Shown here: positions 10,901 to 19,200 of the stretch, in pieces | Layout of the letters: each line of letters opens with the position of its first letter | How positions within the stretch are numbered: the first letter of the stretch is position 1 | The notes under the pieces: model-generated | The model's database searches: none | What the model was told of the DNA's origin: nothing | The model's input: the letters and a program-made list of their open reading frames with translations, nothing else | Assembly: GCA_001643675.2 (NCBI GenBank) | Contig: LSRY02000016.1 | Coordinates: forward strand, 434,001 to 498,000 | Source: Monocercomonoides exilis PA203 | Lineage: Eukaryota > Protista > Preaxostyla | Length of the DNA: 64,000 bases | Reading direction: 5' to 3' | Program-made: the position numbers and the translations under genes

Positions 10901-11938
10901 CCTGCTTTCTTGTTCGTGTTCCTTTGGCTCTCCGGTCTGGGCTGGAAACTGCGACGAGGAGTGCGAAAGAGACGCCGACGGGAAGAGAAGAGGTGCAGCA
11001 GAAGACATCTGCGAAGTGAAGGAGAAGGAAAGCGGGTGCGACACGCCAGCAGACGAGGGGGATGATGTGGAAGAGGCTAAAATTGGTGAGGGTGATGTTG
11101 ATGTCATTGTGGGTGCAGCCACAGAAAATGGAGACGTGGCTGTTGCGTAGGCAGAATTGGCAGTTCCAGTTCCAGTTGCAGTAAGAGAAGAAGAAGAAGA
11201 AGAAGAAGAAGAAGATGATGATGATGAAGTGGATGCTTTTGAGCTAACAACAGGAGAAGTGACTGAAGATGCTACAGGAACTTCAGCAGCTGGAGAAATA
11301 TCTAAAAAAGAAGACAACGAATAAGTGCCAAGCGGAAATTGGAGTGATGGGCTTCCAAAAGAAGGATAAACGGTGGCAGTTGAAGAAGCTTTTGAAACAT
11401 TTTGTGTTGAATGCTGGATCATACTCGATGGAGAACTGGGTATAATTGTTGCTTGCCGTGAAGATGTTAAATATTCTTTGTTTGAAGATGGTGACAATGT
11501 CATGGAAGGTGATGAAAGAAATGTTGGCGAAATAAGTGGAGACATATAATTTTTTCCGGATTGCTCTTTCAATTGAGGGGAAAGAAATGAAGAAAATAAA
11601 ATACTGTTTGCTCCAACAGGGAAAGGAGAAGAAGCATTCTGTTGATAATTAATTTCATATGATTGGTGACTTCCAACCGATTCGGGATGGATTATTGCTG
11701 GCACCACAGAATGAGGTGTTCCTGACGATGTTTGAGATAATCCAGAGAGAAAAACAGATGGTGCATTCATTTGTTGTGCTAGAGGAACTTGACCAGATGC
11801 AGCAGATGAATTTGCCATTTGTCCTTTATATTGAGGTGTAGTTGATATATAAGAAGGGAATAGTGAGGGAGTAAGACTTGAGTGAATAGGAATCGAATTT
11901 GGATTCATAATCGGAATCATTGCAGGTGATGAACTCAT
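1955..11938 (-). CDS. Giant Pumilio/Puf RNA-binding protein (8 Puf repeats) with very large Ser/Gln/His low-complexity regions; single ORF
   Basis: Eight repeat cores: DQCGSRLLQ, DPFSNYVIQ, HPFACRVVQ, DQNANHVLQ, HTYGCRIIQ, NQSGNYVIQ, HKFGSNVME, DSFGNYVVQ. First in-frame ATG is at 11938; the ORF track starts at a TTG. Confidence 0.92.
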   Translation of the reverse strand: MSSSPAMIPIMNPNSIPIHSSLTPSLFPSYISTTPQYKGQMANSSAASGQVPLAQQMNAPSVFLSGLSQTSSGTPHSVVPAIIHPESVGSHQSYEINYQQNASSPFPVGANSILFSSFLSPQLKEQSGKNYMSPLISPTFLSSPSMTLSPSSNKEYLTSSRQATIIPSSPSSMIQHSTQNVSKASSTATVYPSFGSPSLQFPLGTYSLSSFLDISPAAEVPVASSVTSPVVSSKASTSSSSSSSSSSSSSSLTATGTGTANSAYATATSPFSVAAPTMTSTSPSPILASSTSSPSSAGVSHPLSFSFTSQMSSAAPLLFPSASLSHSSSQFPAQTGEPKEHEQESRQMSTQIPQQQMQSQSSQQSQQQQQQSQTQSQQQQQQQQQHQQNAMPQPGAVLPNQLQFKPASSSLSLNATPFCPRNMSFPLPSQQQILSSYTFQPLNSASSTLSASTAAGAGAGAAPTVASTSLYHIHPSVRPSSSQGIALPAYSMTPQELQFLQPLQMSSLSSPQQQLQQTQLQTQQQMQMSQFYPPSLNTLNALPALPSLSSHPSLPSSFTQQQPRQLPPSSASAFNDPQFTEPKPKPKSKTKQRQRQKKTRRRKRSKSSRARHRASHDGLHTAGSLSSLSSSAGGEGGEGGTSDGNFDDSSEGDESSASSYETTASSMSSSSSATVSSSTTATTTTTTSTASALSAASSAAAPSGQLLMIAPSPAAAAATAAASAAAHIQLPSANAAILGLANPVGAQSMQPFVQNNVVFEQQFPQVQRQGNMMRRRNGKLGQGKAGRRTKHQQPDSPQSNNFMGIPPSAQSTSSTSSISSSSSSSSSTLGSGTMSSTAITTPSPSPSPHPSRYSSVTPSSDAESATLHSSYSSQSSHRPFIPHPHSDPLVLMLRGNANSRFPLSLMRSHLLPLSADQCGSRLLQAFLEQCSEDEMETILMELALDKGEFEEQMAVLREREKEKEKEKEKAKEKEEGSAGEKVFGYAKQNAVNTLPQSSSPHQSPSSSSSLTSPSSSDTLPLFSAFDYRFYPLNKQCVLSLCRDPFSNYVIQKFFDVGNAYQIHRILQCLTGNLFQLAIHPFACRVVQKALDVIDEGSCVVAAREIFPHAVDCIFDQNANHVLQRCVECVPSEELQSLIDTFTEVNKTNSSLLSTSSTSSSSSSSAHSNNSDHSFSSRSSPSNAKPHPSSSSSLSSSSSSSLIFSIASHTYGCRIIQRLFEHSSASQRRQLAVSLMPFAKELSFNQSGNYVIQHMIVYCDDEDEEQADEEEQGAEHKAAEKRKNADDKAMASMAATESGGRDDANSLLHKEKKGEKDLTNTPSTSAQLSKNQSSSVLNPHEKIRTQLVQQLSGHFFELSRHKFGSNVMEKIVERVEQPVKTQVILEIMSTYGGRVNPPRIQPVNNQPNAPGSSSSSSSSGSANSAGSNGAYYNSSPTPFFLGGSAGSGGASSAASTSAQPPLSSLLTHPLMFLLSDSFGNYVVQKIFDYASPNTKTLIAAALLPIASLIEQRNDVPKHIFTRLDNMKTSLSQPPFPPPSHPQLAKRKAGKVNVVQAAGMNSIASSASSSSSSTASAGVSVQSAQNSSNALQGKSSSRRRQKQTEQDSSSQNSLSNTQVNSSHSHPHVLSSKASAAIFKLIRPYSSSGPFSASKSNLLPLPSSSASSFGASLIGIPQRPRIPSIDELKMIEEEDEEEEGEGGGGEGRGENEEGKGKEEGKEKGRFLNGIAKNAEREEEANKKSANGTYLNNMQMYRPQVTLSSSSSSSATTTTTSSSASSSMNSQMHSPQLLPNASAFATSPHLLYSSFPHPQLDSLSNQPSIMPPPSSSSSSSSSSSSSSSSSSSIQQPYLGSNPSYPLPLAAYRSPVPSASYVLPPSLMPVSNAAYQPQQQQQQQQQQQQMMMMNQLQGMSAQHPYLSYPASQYLSFPSLSPQTNQSSPANAGNAANTANVANSANLSSSSNTSSQFIPPQPKNPQQLQQQQQQHTNSSSSSSSSSSSSSSSTSSPGLAPNESLLYSPYSSSIAPMLSQPPRIAITQTGEIVAIGTNESFSIDGDSENTKQSAQMNGRDASSNAMHSAASSASAVNTSSLSIAQQQQQQQSYVQQPSSIGSNSLYPQNVQNNNAFTSSALNGVEQKMLTQESDYHAQNTQNLLAFPSSPSSSSSSSVSSSSSASALNSSEISKSSLHSLQNPVDNSTSSSSSVNEINESKVSSSSSSSSSSSSSSSNPSSMNLSEPQTFSWPSAIHRPEAVYNFSLTNPLSNIPSISPLNSSSSSSSSSSSSSILPNINKQKPNSSPHSRAILPSSLSALQLNVLTSTSSSSSSSSSSSSDLNAIDTLTFSASHRSFASDQAFPAPSRSVPAVLSSIISSSSSSLFSTSHSFTSTSPPTSLMSSSFGSSFSSSSASSSSSSPSSSSSSSPTPANGNGSSIPHSHSLSFSLPLSPVSFASESTHIRSHSHSHSHSHSHSHSHSHSHSHSRSQRRVHSHSHSRSYASNHSRSHSHSHSHSHSHSKSRTRSHSQSHSHSHSQANSLNTPSHRRSNSSLSSATPFVPSPPHTATPFRQATPAHHTHTSQMDVPLPLSVSPSESFSSFSSSLVANTFVAPMPAEHDLGTASPALLHTHRTYSVDYSQGNEETRLHSTLSSAASLNTPNSQSHSLQHAHSHTHSHSHSHSHSQAHASHDNVAEYSITQVLSQVGASSSMPAFHSSPSLNSTAASSFLVSDLSSIAPPFLSAQPSTPPPSISKDNRPNPFSVLPVPSSSALPFALPMPLSIPIETSPLLSSSMLAPPNGMQNPVVDSLSPQFLLSSHSSYASPSSPSPSPSPSSSPIKQAGNTSSSSSSTSSSSANSNINSSSLTSSSSSSSSPSTSLSLTSSSDALTPTLLSDHSLSSSSHNTPTSPSSSSSSSSFLSPQSQKHYLHQQSQLSNLNSSSSSSSSSSSLSSVPPSYSLPHNSSDEDGLSSPSAIIFITPHHHHYNLSSQSSAITSQTAFSPSLVSFPSLSSDTSNIMQSSSTSSSSSSSSSSSSSSSSSSSSFSSPDVDHSCFPYSSLNEAQHILSTAVSPLSNQHMSSSSSSSASSSSSSSSSSSSSSTSTVSPSSPGTLMRLHEMSLSGTRFSSLSMKSRSSSLNSHRSRGSFASRSGSSTSNTEDDDDDEEEDDDDDDDSTASDEENDKDMSIGGDADDSDGASSIGGDNTLSSAFSQSEDYFSDSSSNLLSSSPYSGYSASSNLHSSMQSTPIHQAALPAAQLITPTTFPSLNVSPRHPQHSRHHSRHHSRHSHHHHHHHSQHSQQQNQLFHHKSTQESEQKRKSDANGHSEERKEEKED

Positions 11939-12224
11939 TTTTCCATGGTCATGAGAAGCATTTTTAAATTCCTTCAATGATTTTCCATGAACAGCAATAA
12001 CGACAATAAAACAAGCAAGGAATACAAATTGAAAACAACAATAAAGAACAAAACTTATTGTTAAAATAAATTATAAACAAATACTTCTTTTATATTTGAA
12101 TTTCCTGTTGCTTCCAGTGTTTTTGGTCTCCTTTCTTCTGAAATGTCTTTAACCAAAGACATTTAGAAACAAAAGCAAGCACTTTTCTTGATCTCACTTT
12201 TTTATTCCCATATAAACATTAAAA

Positions 12225-13489
12225 ATGTCAAAAATAGCAATTGGAAATTTGTCGTTAAGCGAATTAATATATGGTTATTGTCCACGTTTGCTATTTATTC
12301 TTTATTTTTCTTGAATAATATGATATTTGCAGTTATTTATGGAAACTATTCATGGATTTTTTTAATAAACTTAACTGCAAACTTTCTTTCGTTATTGATT
12401 TCAACATATCTAATAATTCTCGAGATTTACATTTTTGGCAAAAGTTTAAGCAAAATGAAGATTGTGATATTGTTCAATCTGGCAATTCATTCATCAATTG
12501 AAGTTCTTGTTTCAATTGTTCCATTTCCTTATTCAAGACCGAACTTTGGCTTTTTTTGTCAAGACTTCGTTGATTTCTTTTATGGCACATCTTGGATATT
12601 TATCACCGTCTGGCTTTCAAAAGCTACAGTCTACCCTTTTATTCAATCGTCTTTGAAAAAAAAAATATGGACAATATCATTGGTATTTCTTCTGATTGTT
12701 TCAAATTTAACATATTGGATTACGGAAATTGTCGGAGATTTTGCTCAACGTTATATAGGAGATGAGCTTATTGTTATCTACGAATTTTTCGATATTACAA
12801 GTGCAATTCCTTTCATTTTAATGATCATTTTTCTGATTCGTTTGTATCGAAAGGTTAATGGAACAGGCACAATATATACTATTTTGAAAAAACGCCTTCG
12901 ATCTTTTCTTTTAATGCTATTTGTTATCGCTGGAATAATGGGAATCAGATGTGTTTTTGATGTAACTTACATGATTTTGACAAGAAAATATAAAGCTCAC
13001 AATATACGTCTTTGCAGGGATAATGATTCAAACTGGTTTGTAAATTTCTGCGTTTATTTATTTTTTTTATAAATGCAAATTGTTGTCAGTTATGATATAA
13101 CAATTCCAATGTCATTCTTTCTGTTTTTTGAAAATACTCTTGCCACACTCACTTTTCTTTTGACGCTGCTTTCGTTCACACCAAAAGTTGCAGCGTCAAC
13201 AGATTCAGATTCACAGTCAGACAGTCAATTAGAGAGCGAAGACAAAACGATGCATGAAGATTCACAAGATATTGTTAGTTTAAGAAGTCTTGAAGAGAAA
13301 GAGGAAGAAGGAATGAGATTTTATGATGATGAAAGATTTGGATATTCAGCAATGTCGCCATCACCCCCTTCTGGATTTGCTGAAGAAGCGAAATCTGATG
13401 ATGATGGCAATGCTGATGTGGACCGCTATCAACCCTTGCTTAGCAGCAATAATTCTGATTATTCAAAGTATTACTATAAATACTCCTAA
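12225..13489 (+). CDS. Seven-transmembrane protein, possibly THH1/TOM1/GPR137-like, with acidic C-terminal tail
   Basis: ATG at 12225. Introns 12274-12332 and 13036-13089 join the two ORFs in frame (ELIY/VIYGNY; DSNC/YDITIP). About 7 hydrophobic segments, with a basic loop before TM6 (KKRLRS..IRCVF). Family assignment is tentative. Confidence 0.65.
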
Positions 13490-14419
13490 AGCAACAGCGA
13501 TCAGTTGTGGAGCTTCTGTATAAAATCGAGTTTCTTTTTTCGTTGAGATGTTTCCTATGTTTTGTTGAGGTCATAATGCGAACTGTTGGTTGCGTTGTCT
13601 CATCAATTGACAGTCTTGCAATCAATAAGAAGAGCACTCCATCTGTTCACTTCGTGTAATCAAAGATTTTTTCTTTTCAGTTACGCTATGAAAGTAATTT
13701 TTTTTTTTTATTGCAATTTGTTTTTTCTCAAACTTTTAAGTGCAGTTAGCGAGATTTTTGTTTTGTTGTTGTTGAAAGGATGTTTGCGCCATTCAAATGT
13801 TATATGTTCTGTTTTCTTTTCGTTTCTGTTGTATAAATACATATATTGGTCGTTTTTTAATTATTATCCTTTAATTGTCTCATAAATTTTCAGAAGAATA
13901 GATTAATTTATTTATTTATTGGATTGGTGATTATTGATTACGAATTTGTTACTGATGCGAAATGAATAATTCACATTCTCTTTTATTAGCATTTCTTTAT
14001 CGCTGGAATATGTTCATCTTTCAATCAATTTGTGTGCAATTCTTTCCTGATTATGCTATATTTCTTGTGATAATGATCTCCACTTGTTATTTCATGTTTT
14101 TCCTATCAAGAGATGCTATATTTTTTCTTTGCAAAAAGAATTTCTTTACATAATAAGAGTTGAATGCTGATAATTGCTCATTATTTCTCCAAAATATATA
14201 TATTGATTTTTTAAATTTGTTTTAATAATGATTTAAAACAACAAAAATTTGCAAACATGGCGCTTATTCCCTATGTTCATTTTCATGATTCTCTTTTCCC
14301 CATTAAACATCATAAAAAATAATAGTGAAGTGGGTGAAATGTGTGCCATGAAGCGAATGTGAAATGAAAAATTCATGTAGCATTTTGTGTGATTTAGTTT
14401 TCTAAGCAAATGTATAGAT

Positions 14420-15137
14420 TCAGTAAAATACATAATCTCCATTTTGCTTTATAAAGTTTACGAAATCATCCTCTGTGATGATTTCCCCCTCATCTCTGTA
14501 AGTATTAAAAAAAGAATATGCATGAGGAAGAAATACATATAATAATATCCAATAGAAATACCCAGCCATTTGTTCAAATAAATCCGTTAGCAACAATGGT
14601 TCTAATTCTATTCCAAGTTTGTTAAGCATGGTTATAAGTTGATGTTTTGTTATTCCTTTGGACCATTCATCTTTCAGCAATAAATAAGTCTAAATGGAAG
14701 TGTCAACAAGTATATAACAGAGGAGGGGAAAAACAAATATACAAACCCGCTTTACATGTGAATCGAAATCACGCTCGCTAAGACTTGCTGCAACAATGTC
14801 ACAAATTCGCTGAAAAGTTATTCCATACGCACTTGCTCTGATTTCTTTTTCCATGCTTTCTGAAAGAACTATTCCTAGCTATCAATACTTTGTATGAATG
14901 TATGACTAAAAAAAGTCACACTAATCTGATTGTGGTAAGAGCTTGAGAAGGAGTTATAACACCGCTTCTTTCAATATCAATCATCGAAAAAATCTTCACA
15001 GAAATGTTTTTGAAAAGAACAAAATGTAAATGTAACTAGAATGCAATTACAATGAAAACCGATTTTAAATCTTCTGTTTGCTCTTCAGTTAAAATAGCAG
15101 TTTTAGAAGATAAAAAAGATTTTTTTGTTTTTTCCAT
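14420..15137 (-). CDS. Calmodulin/centrin-like small EF-hand protein with degenerate Ca2+ loops, 4 introns
   Basis: Spliced product reads ..LTEEQTEDLKS/IFSMIDIERSGVITPSQALTTIRL/LGIV..HVKR/TYLLLKDEWSKGITKHQL..LFEQMAG/DEGEIITEDDFVNFI. All junctions are GT-AG and in frame. Confidence 0.75.
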
Positions 15138-15338
15138 TTTAACTTACCATAAAATTCTAAATTCAAATTTTTAATTTTTAATAAAAAAATTAAATTATCA
15201 ACTGCTCAAATATTTTTAAATAAACAATCCTGCATACGAAATAAATGAATTCCAAAAACTGACTATTATGTTATGGTTAACGAAACGTATGTTAAGGGTA
15301 TTTTTTAACCGTTATTTTGGATTGGTTCTAGAACGGAG

Positions 15339-16827
15339 ATGGAACCTTTAGATTCTGATTATTTAAAAGAGCATGTTGGAGATGTATTATCTGATGCTTT
15401 GACAGCTGTTTCAATCCAACAACCAGCAGATCCAATCGAATTTGTTGGACTTTATCTTTTAAATTCAGTGAATAACAAAAAACGAAAACAAAAAGTATCT
15501 TATTTATTTTTCACATATTTACATGTAATTCTAATAATTGATATCATTTTGAAAAACTGTTTTAGGAATGGTCTGAAATGGAATTTGCAAATAAAAGAAT
15601 TCAAGAATATGAACAAAAGAAGAAAGCAAGAGAAGATCACTTCAATCAATTGGAAGAAAGTCGGAGATTACGTGAGGAAGGAAAACAACAAGCGGTTTTG
15701 GAAGAAAGAAGGCAATTATTTGGCTTATATTTAGAACACGAAAAAGAGAAAGATGATGGTTTTCATTATTGATTTTCAATTTTTAAAAGTATATATATGT
15801 GAATTTTTGATTGTAGAAATTGCTAAATTGATTGCAGATCATGAAGCCGAGGTTCAAAGATATATTGAAGCAGAAAAGGAAAGACAAGCTCGAAAAGAAG
15901 CTAGAGAACGCAGGGCTGCTGAACAAGAAGAAGAAGAAGGTGCGGAAGAAGGAGAAGAAGAGGAAGAGGAAGGTGCAGAAGAAGACGAGGAGGAAGAAGA
16001 AGGTGCAGAAGAAGGAGCAGAAGAAGAAGGAAGACGGAGGCGCAAAAAGAAGAAGAGATCTTCATACGAAGAAGGAGAGGGAGACGGAGAAGGAGTTGAA
16101 GGTGAGGGCGAAGAAGAAAGGAGGAGGCAAGAAGAGGAAGAGGAAGCAGAAGAGGAACCTCCTTTGGAGAAAGTTGAACCACTTGATCCACTTACAGTGT
16201 GGATGAAAACATACGAGTATCGCGTAGAAGATGCAAAGAAGTTGGATCAAAGATACTTGGCAGAATTGCAGAAAATCAAAGTATGAAATTTGCTGATTTC
16301 TTTTTATTTTGTGTTATCTGTAATCGGTTTCTATTTCTATGTCAATTTGAATTATCTGGCTTCACATATATATTAATTTTTTTTCTTATGCTTAATTTTA
16401 TTTCACTTTTATGAACGTGTTTTTATTGGAATTAAACCAAAACTTTACTTCATCCTTTTCTTGTTTTCTCTATTTGTGTGTTTTCCATCAAACATTTCAC
16501 TTATCGCCTCATTCAGGTTGGCTCGCCAGACTTGTTCAATCTGCTTAGAGGAGTCTTCTTCCTTCTTGGGCGTCCCACGAAAGACGTCGACAGCTTTGAA
16601 AAAGCGCAGAAGCTGATCGATTTCAACTTGGGCACGAAGATCTCGATGATTCACCCTGAAGAGAAAGGAATGAAGGAAAAATATACCCGCACTTCTCTTG
16701 CTGTGAAGGACCTTGACCAGAACCAGCTGGCTGATGCTGGATACGGGGCACTTGTTCTGTACAAGTGGATATGCGCAGCACTCGACTTGAGAATCATGAG
16801 CGTATTCCAACGGTTTGGGAAAGGATC

Positions 16828-16875
<48 letters not shown>

Positions 16876-17347
16876 ATTGAATAGTGCAATATTGTTAGTG
16901 ATTGTGGTTATTGTGAAGAAATTTTCTTATAATTTACCATAAATATAAATGTGTTGTTTTTAATAATAATTTTTTAACAAAATTTTGAACTTTTGTCAAA
17001 TTTTTGATTTCATTTATATCTTTTCTTTTCTTTCTTTTTTGATGCGCTTCAATTTGCTCAGTCGTGATGCGGAAGCTGCGTTACGTGCGTCTGAAGAAGA
17101 AGAGCAGGAAGGCGTTGAAGGAGAACCAGATGAAGAGAGAGAAGTTGAAGAACATGGTGTGGAAGTTGGGACGATGGGAATGAGGGCATGGCAGTTTGAA
17201 GAAGAGAGGAGAAGAGAAGAGGAGGAAAGAGAGAGGAAGAGAAAAGCAGCAGAAGAGGAAGAAGCTGAAGAAGGAGACGAGGAAGAGGAAGGAGCAGAAG
17301 AGGCTGGCGAAGAAGAAGAGGACGAAGGTGATGCAGAGGAAGCTTAA
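15339..17347 (+). CDS. DPY30-domain (DYDC/radial-spoke-like) coiled-coil protein with poly-Glu tracts and a dynein-MTBD-like domain, 4 introns
   Basis: Dpy-30 motif YLKEHVGDVLSDALTAVSIQQPADPIEFVGLYLL. Exons at about 15339-15494, 15566-15758, 15817-16280, 16517-16812 and 17062-17347 join in frame. Confidence 0.78.
16833..16872 (+). repeat. (GA)n microsatellite inside the last intron of the DPY30 gene
   Basis: About 20 uninterrupted GA units. Confidence 0.95.
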
Positions 17348-18053
17348 TCTCCCATTGCATTCCTTTCACACTTTTGGTTATCTCCAGCGTTGTTTATTCT
17401 TCTTCAACTCTTCACATCTTTCAAAATTGTTAACCTGTTTTTTTCATCCTTTTTTTTTTTTATTGTTATTAACTTTTTTCTTCCATTTCATTTGAAAAAT
17501 CTCTGAAAAGCCGCAAAACAAATGCTTCAAATCTAAAACAGTTTTTATAAAGCCTTTTATTTTGTATGGAAAAATGAGGAAAGATGAGCGTTGAATAAAT
17601 AATAATAGTGTTATCTAAATATGCTCTTGATGACATGCAAAATCTGAAGGAAATGATTTTTTGGCTTAAAAAATTAAAAATAACAGATAAATGTTCTAAA
17701 AATACAAAATTGATGAGACAGGCAAGAAAAATTGGTTGATGGAAAAGGTGAACAATCACCTTTTTATCATGCTGTGAGAACAACTGAGGCATTCAGGAAG
17801 CATAACTGGCATTTATTGAACAAACAACATCCTATGCAGCAAGTGTCTATAATTTTGGTTGGAAAATATAAAAATGTGAAATCAAAGGAGTGATAGAGAA
17901 AGATTATGCAGCATCCATTTGTCATATTTTGGTTATCAGGAAAGACAGAAATAAAGGAATGTGAAATGTCAGATTCATTTAATTTGAATTTTTAATAAAA
18001 TAAATAAAAATACATTTTAAAAAATAACGCGGTAAAACCATAAATAATCATCT

Positions 18054-19019
18054 TTATTCGTCTGAGCGTTGGTGGGATGGCGATTTTGATCTTGAAACTG
18101 ATTTTTCTTTTGTTGATATCTTAGAAGCAGAGCGTGATCGTGATCGTGATCTTGAGGGAGAATTAGAAGGTGAATGCTTTGCTGATGCGGATCTATGGCG
18201 AGACGATGCTACACTGCTCTTTTCACGCGGTGGAGTTGGTGATCGAGGAGGTGAGCGTGATGGAGATGATGATGCAGATGGTGAACGTCTTCTTGAAGAG
18301 CGCTTTGATTTACGATATTTTGGGGAAGAGCTAGATCTAGAGCGCTTGCGGTCACGACGCGATGAGCGATGATGATGACGAGAATGACTTCTACTACGAC
18401 GAGAGCGAGATGATTTGTGGTAATGATGATGTTTTGGACGATGATGTCTGCTCCGACTTCTTGATCGAGAATCGTCTCTGCTATAAGACCTTGATCTATA
18501 ATAACGGTCGGGAGAACGCGAACGCAAGTAAGATCTCCCTTTGTAAGGGCAATCATATTGCTTATGACCTTTAAATATGCAAATGAAAATATAAAAATGA
18601 TTATCTTTCAAAAAACAAAAAATGAAATGATTTACCTGGTCTTCCACAAATATAGCAACCATCTCCTCTACGAATTGGCCCTGTTGAATTTCTCCACTAT
18701 TTTGATATTAAAGCAAAAAATACAATGATCAAAATAAAAATTTTGAAATTTTTAACCTCAATTGCAAGATTGCACGATTTTAGATCAGTATCTAGAGCAT
18801 GCAAAAACAGTAATAAACTTGTTTCTAAAAGACTAAAAAAATGAAAAGCAGACTATTCAAAGATTCAAGGGCAGCTGCAGCATCATCCTTGTTTTTGAAG
18901 TTAATAAAGGCATATGTTCGTCTCATTGCTATCTCTGTTATCTCTCCAAATTTTTCGAACAATCCTCGCAAATCTTCTGATGTAACAGTTTCGTTAATCC
19001 TTGCTACAAACAACGCCAT
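18054..19019 (-). CDS. SR splicing factor, RRM + CCHC zinc knuckle + RS domain (SRSF7/9G8/RSZ-type), 3 introns
   Basis: RNP2 LFVARI and RNP1 TYAFINF. Spliced knuckle CYICGRPG/HKQYDC (CX2CX4HX4C). Long RS/SP tail. Confidence 0.88.
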
Positions 19020-19200
19020 TTGTCCTATAGCCAAGAAGATGGTTTGAGATCGTGAAAGATCAAAAAAATAAAAAATCATATGTTATTTTTGAAAAACAAA
19101 AGAAAGTGTGCAATTGAAAATGTAATATACGAATAATAATGTATTTGAGTTTTTTGAATAAAAATTGCCAACATTAATTTTTGTGATTCATTAATTGCTT

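Noticed and set aside
1988-11150. Many + strand ORFs rich in E/D/K/R or V/C opposite the Puf gene (similarly 33008-48716 opposite the IP3R-like gene)
   Set aside because: They are antisense or off-frame shadows of poly-Ser/Gln/His codon runs and show no domain motifs.
12188-12224. ORF-track starts at 12188, 11977, 19195 and 30791
   Set aside because: They are non-ATG starts from a prokaryote-style caller. Spliced ATG starts at 12225, 11938, 19201 and 30764 fit better.
15260-15320. X-box- or Myb-like motifs (GTTATGGTTAAC, TAACCGTT) in the EF-hand/DPY30 spacer
   Set aside because: Too short and degenerate in AT-rich DNA to support without enrichment statistics.
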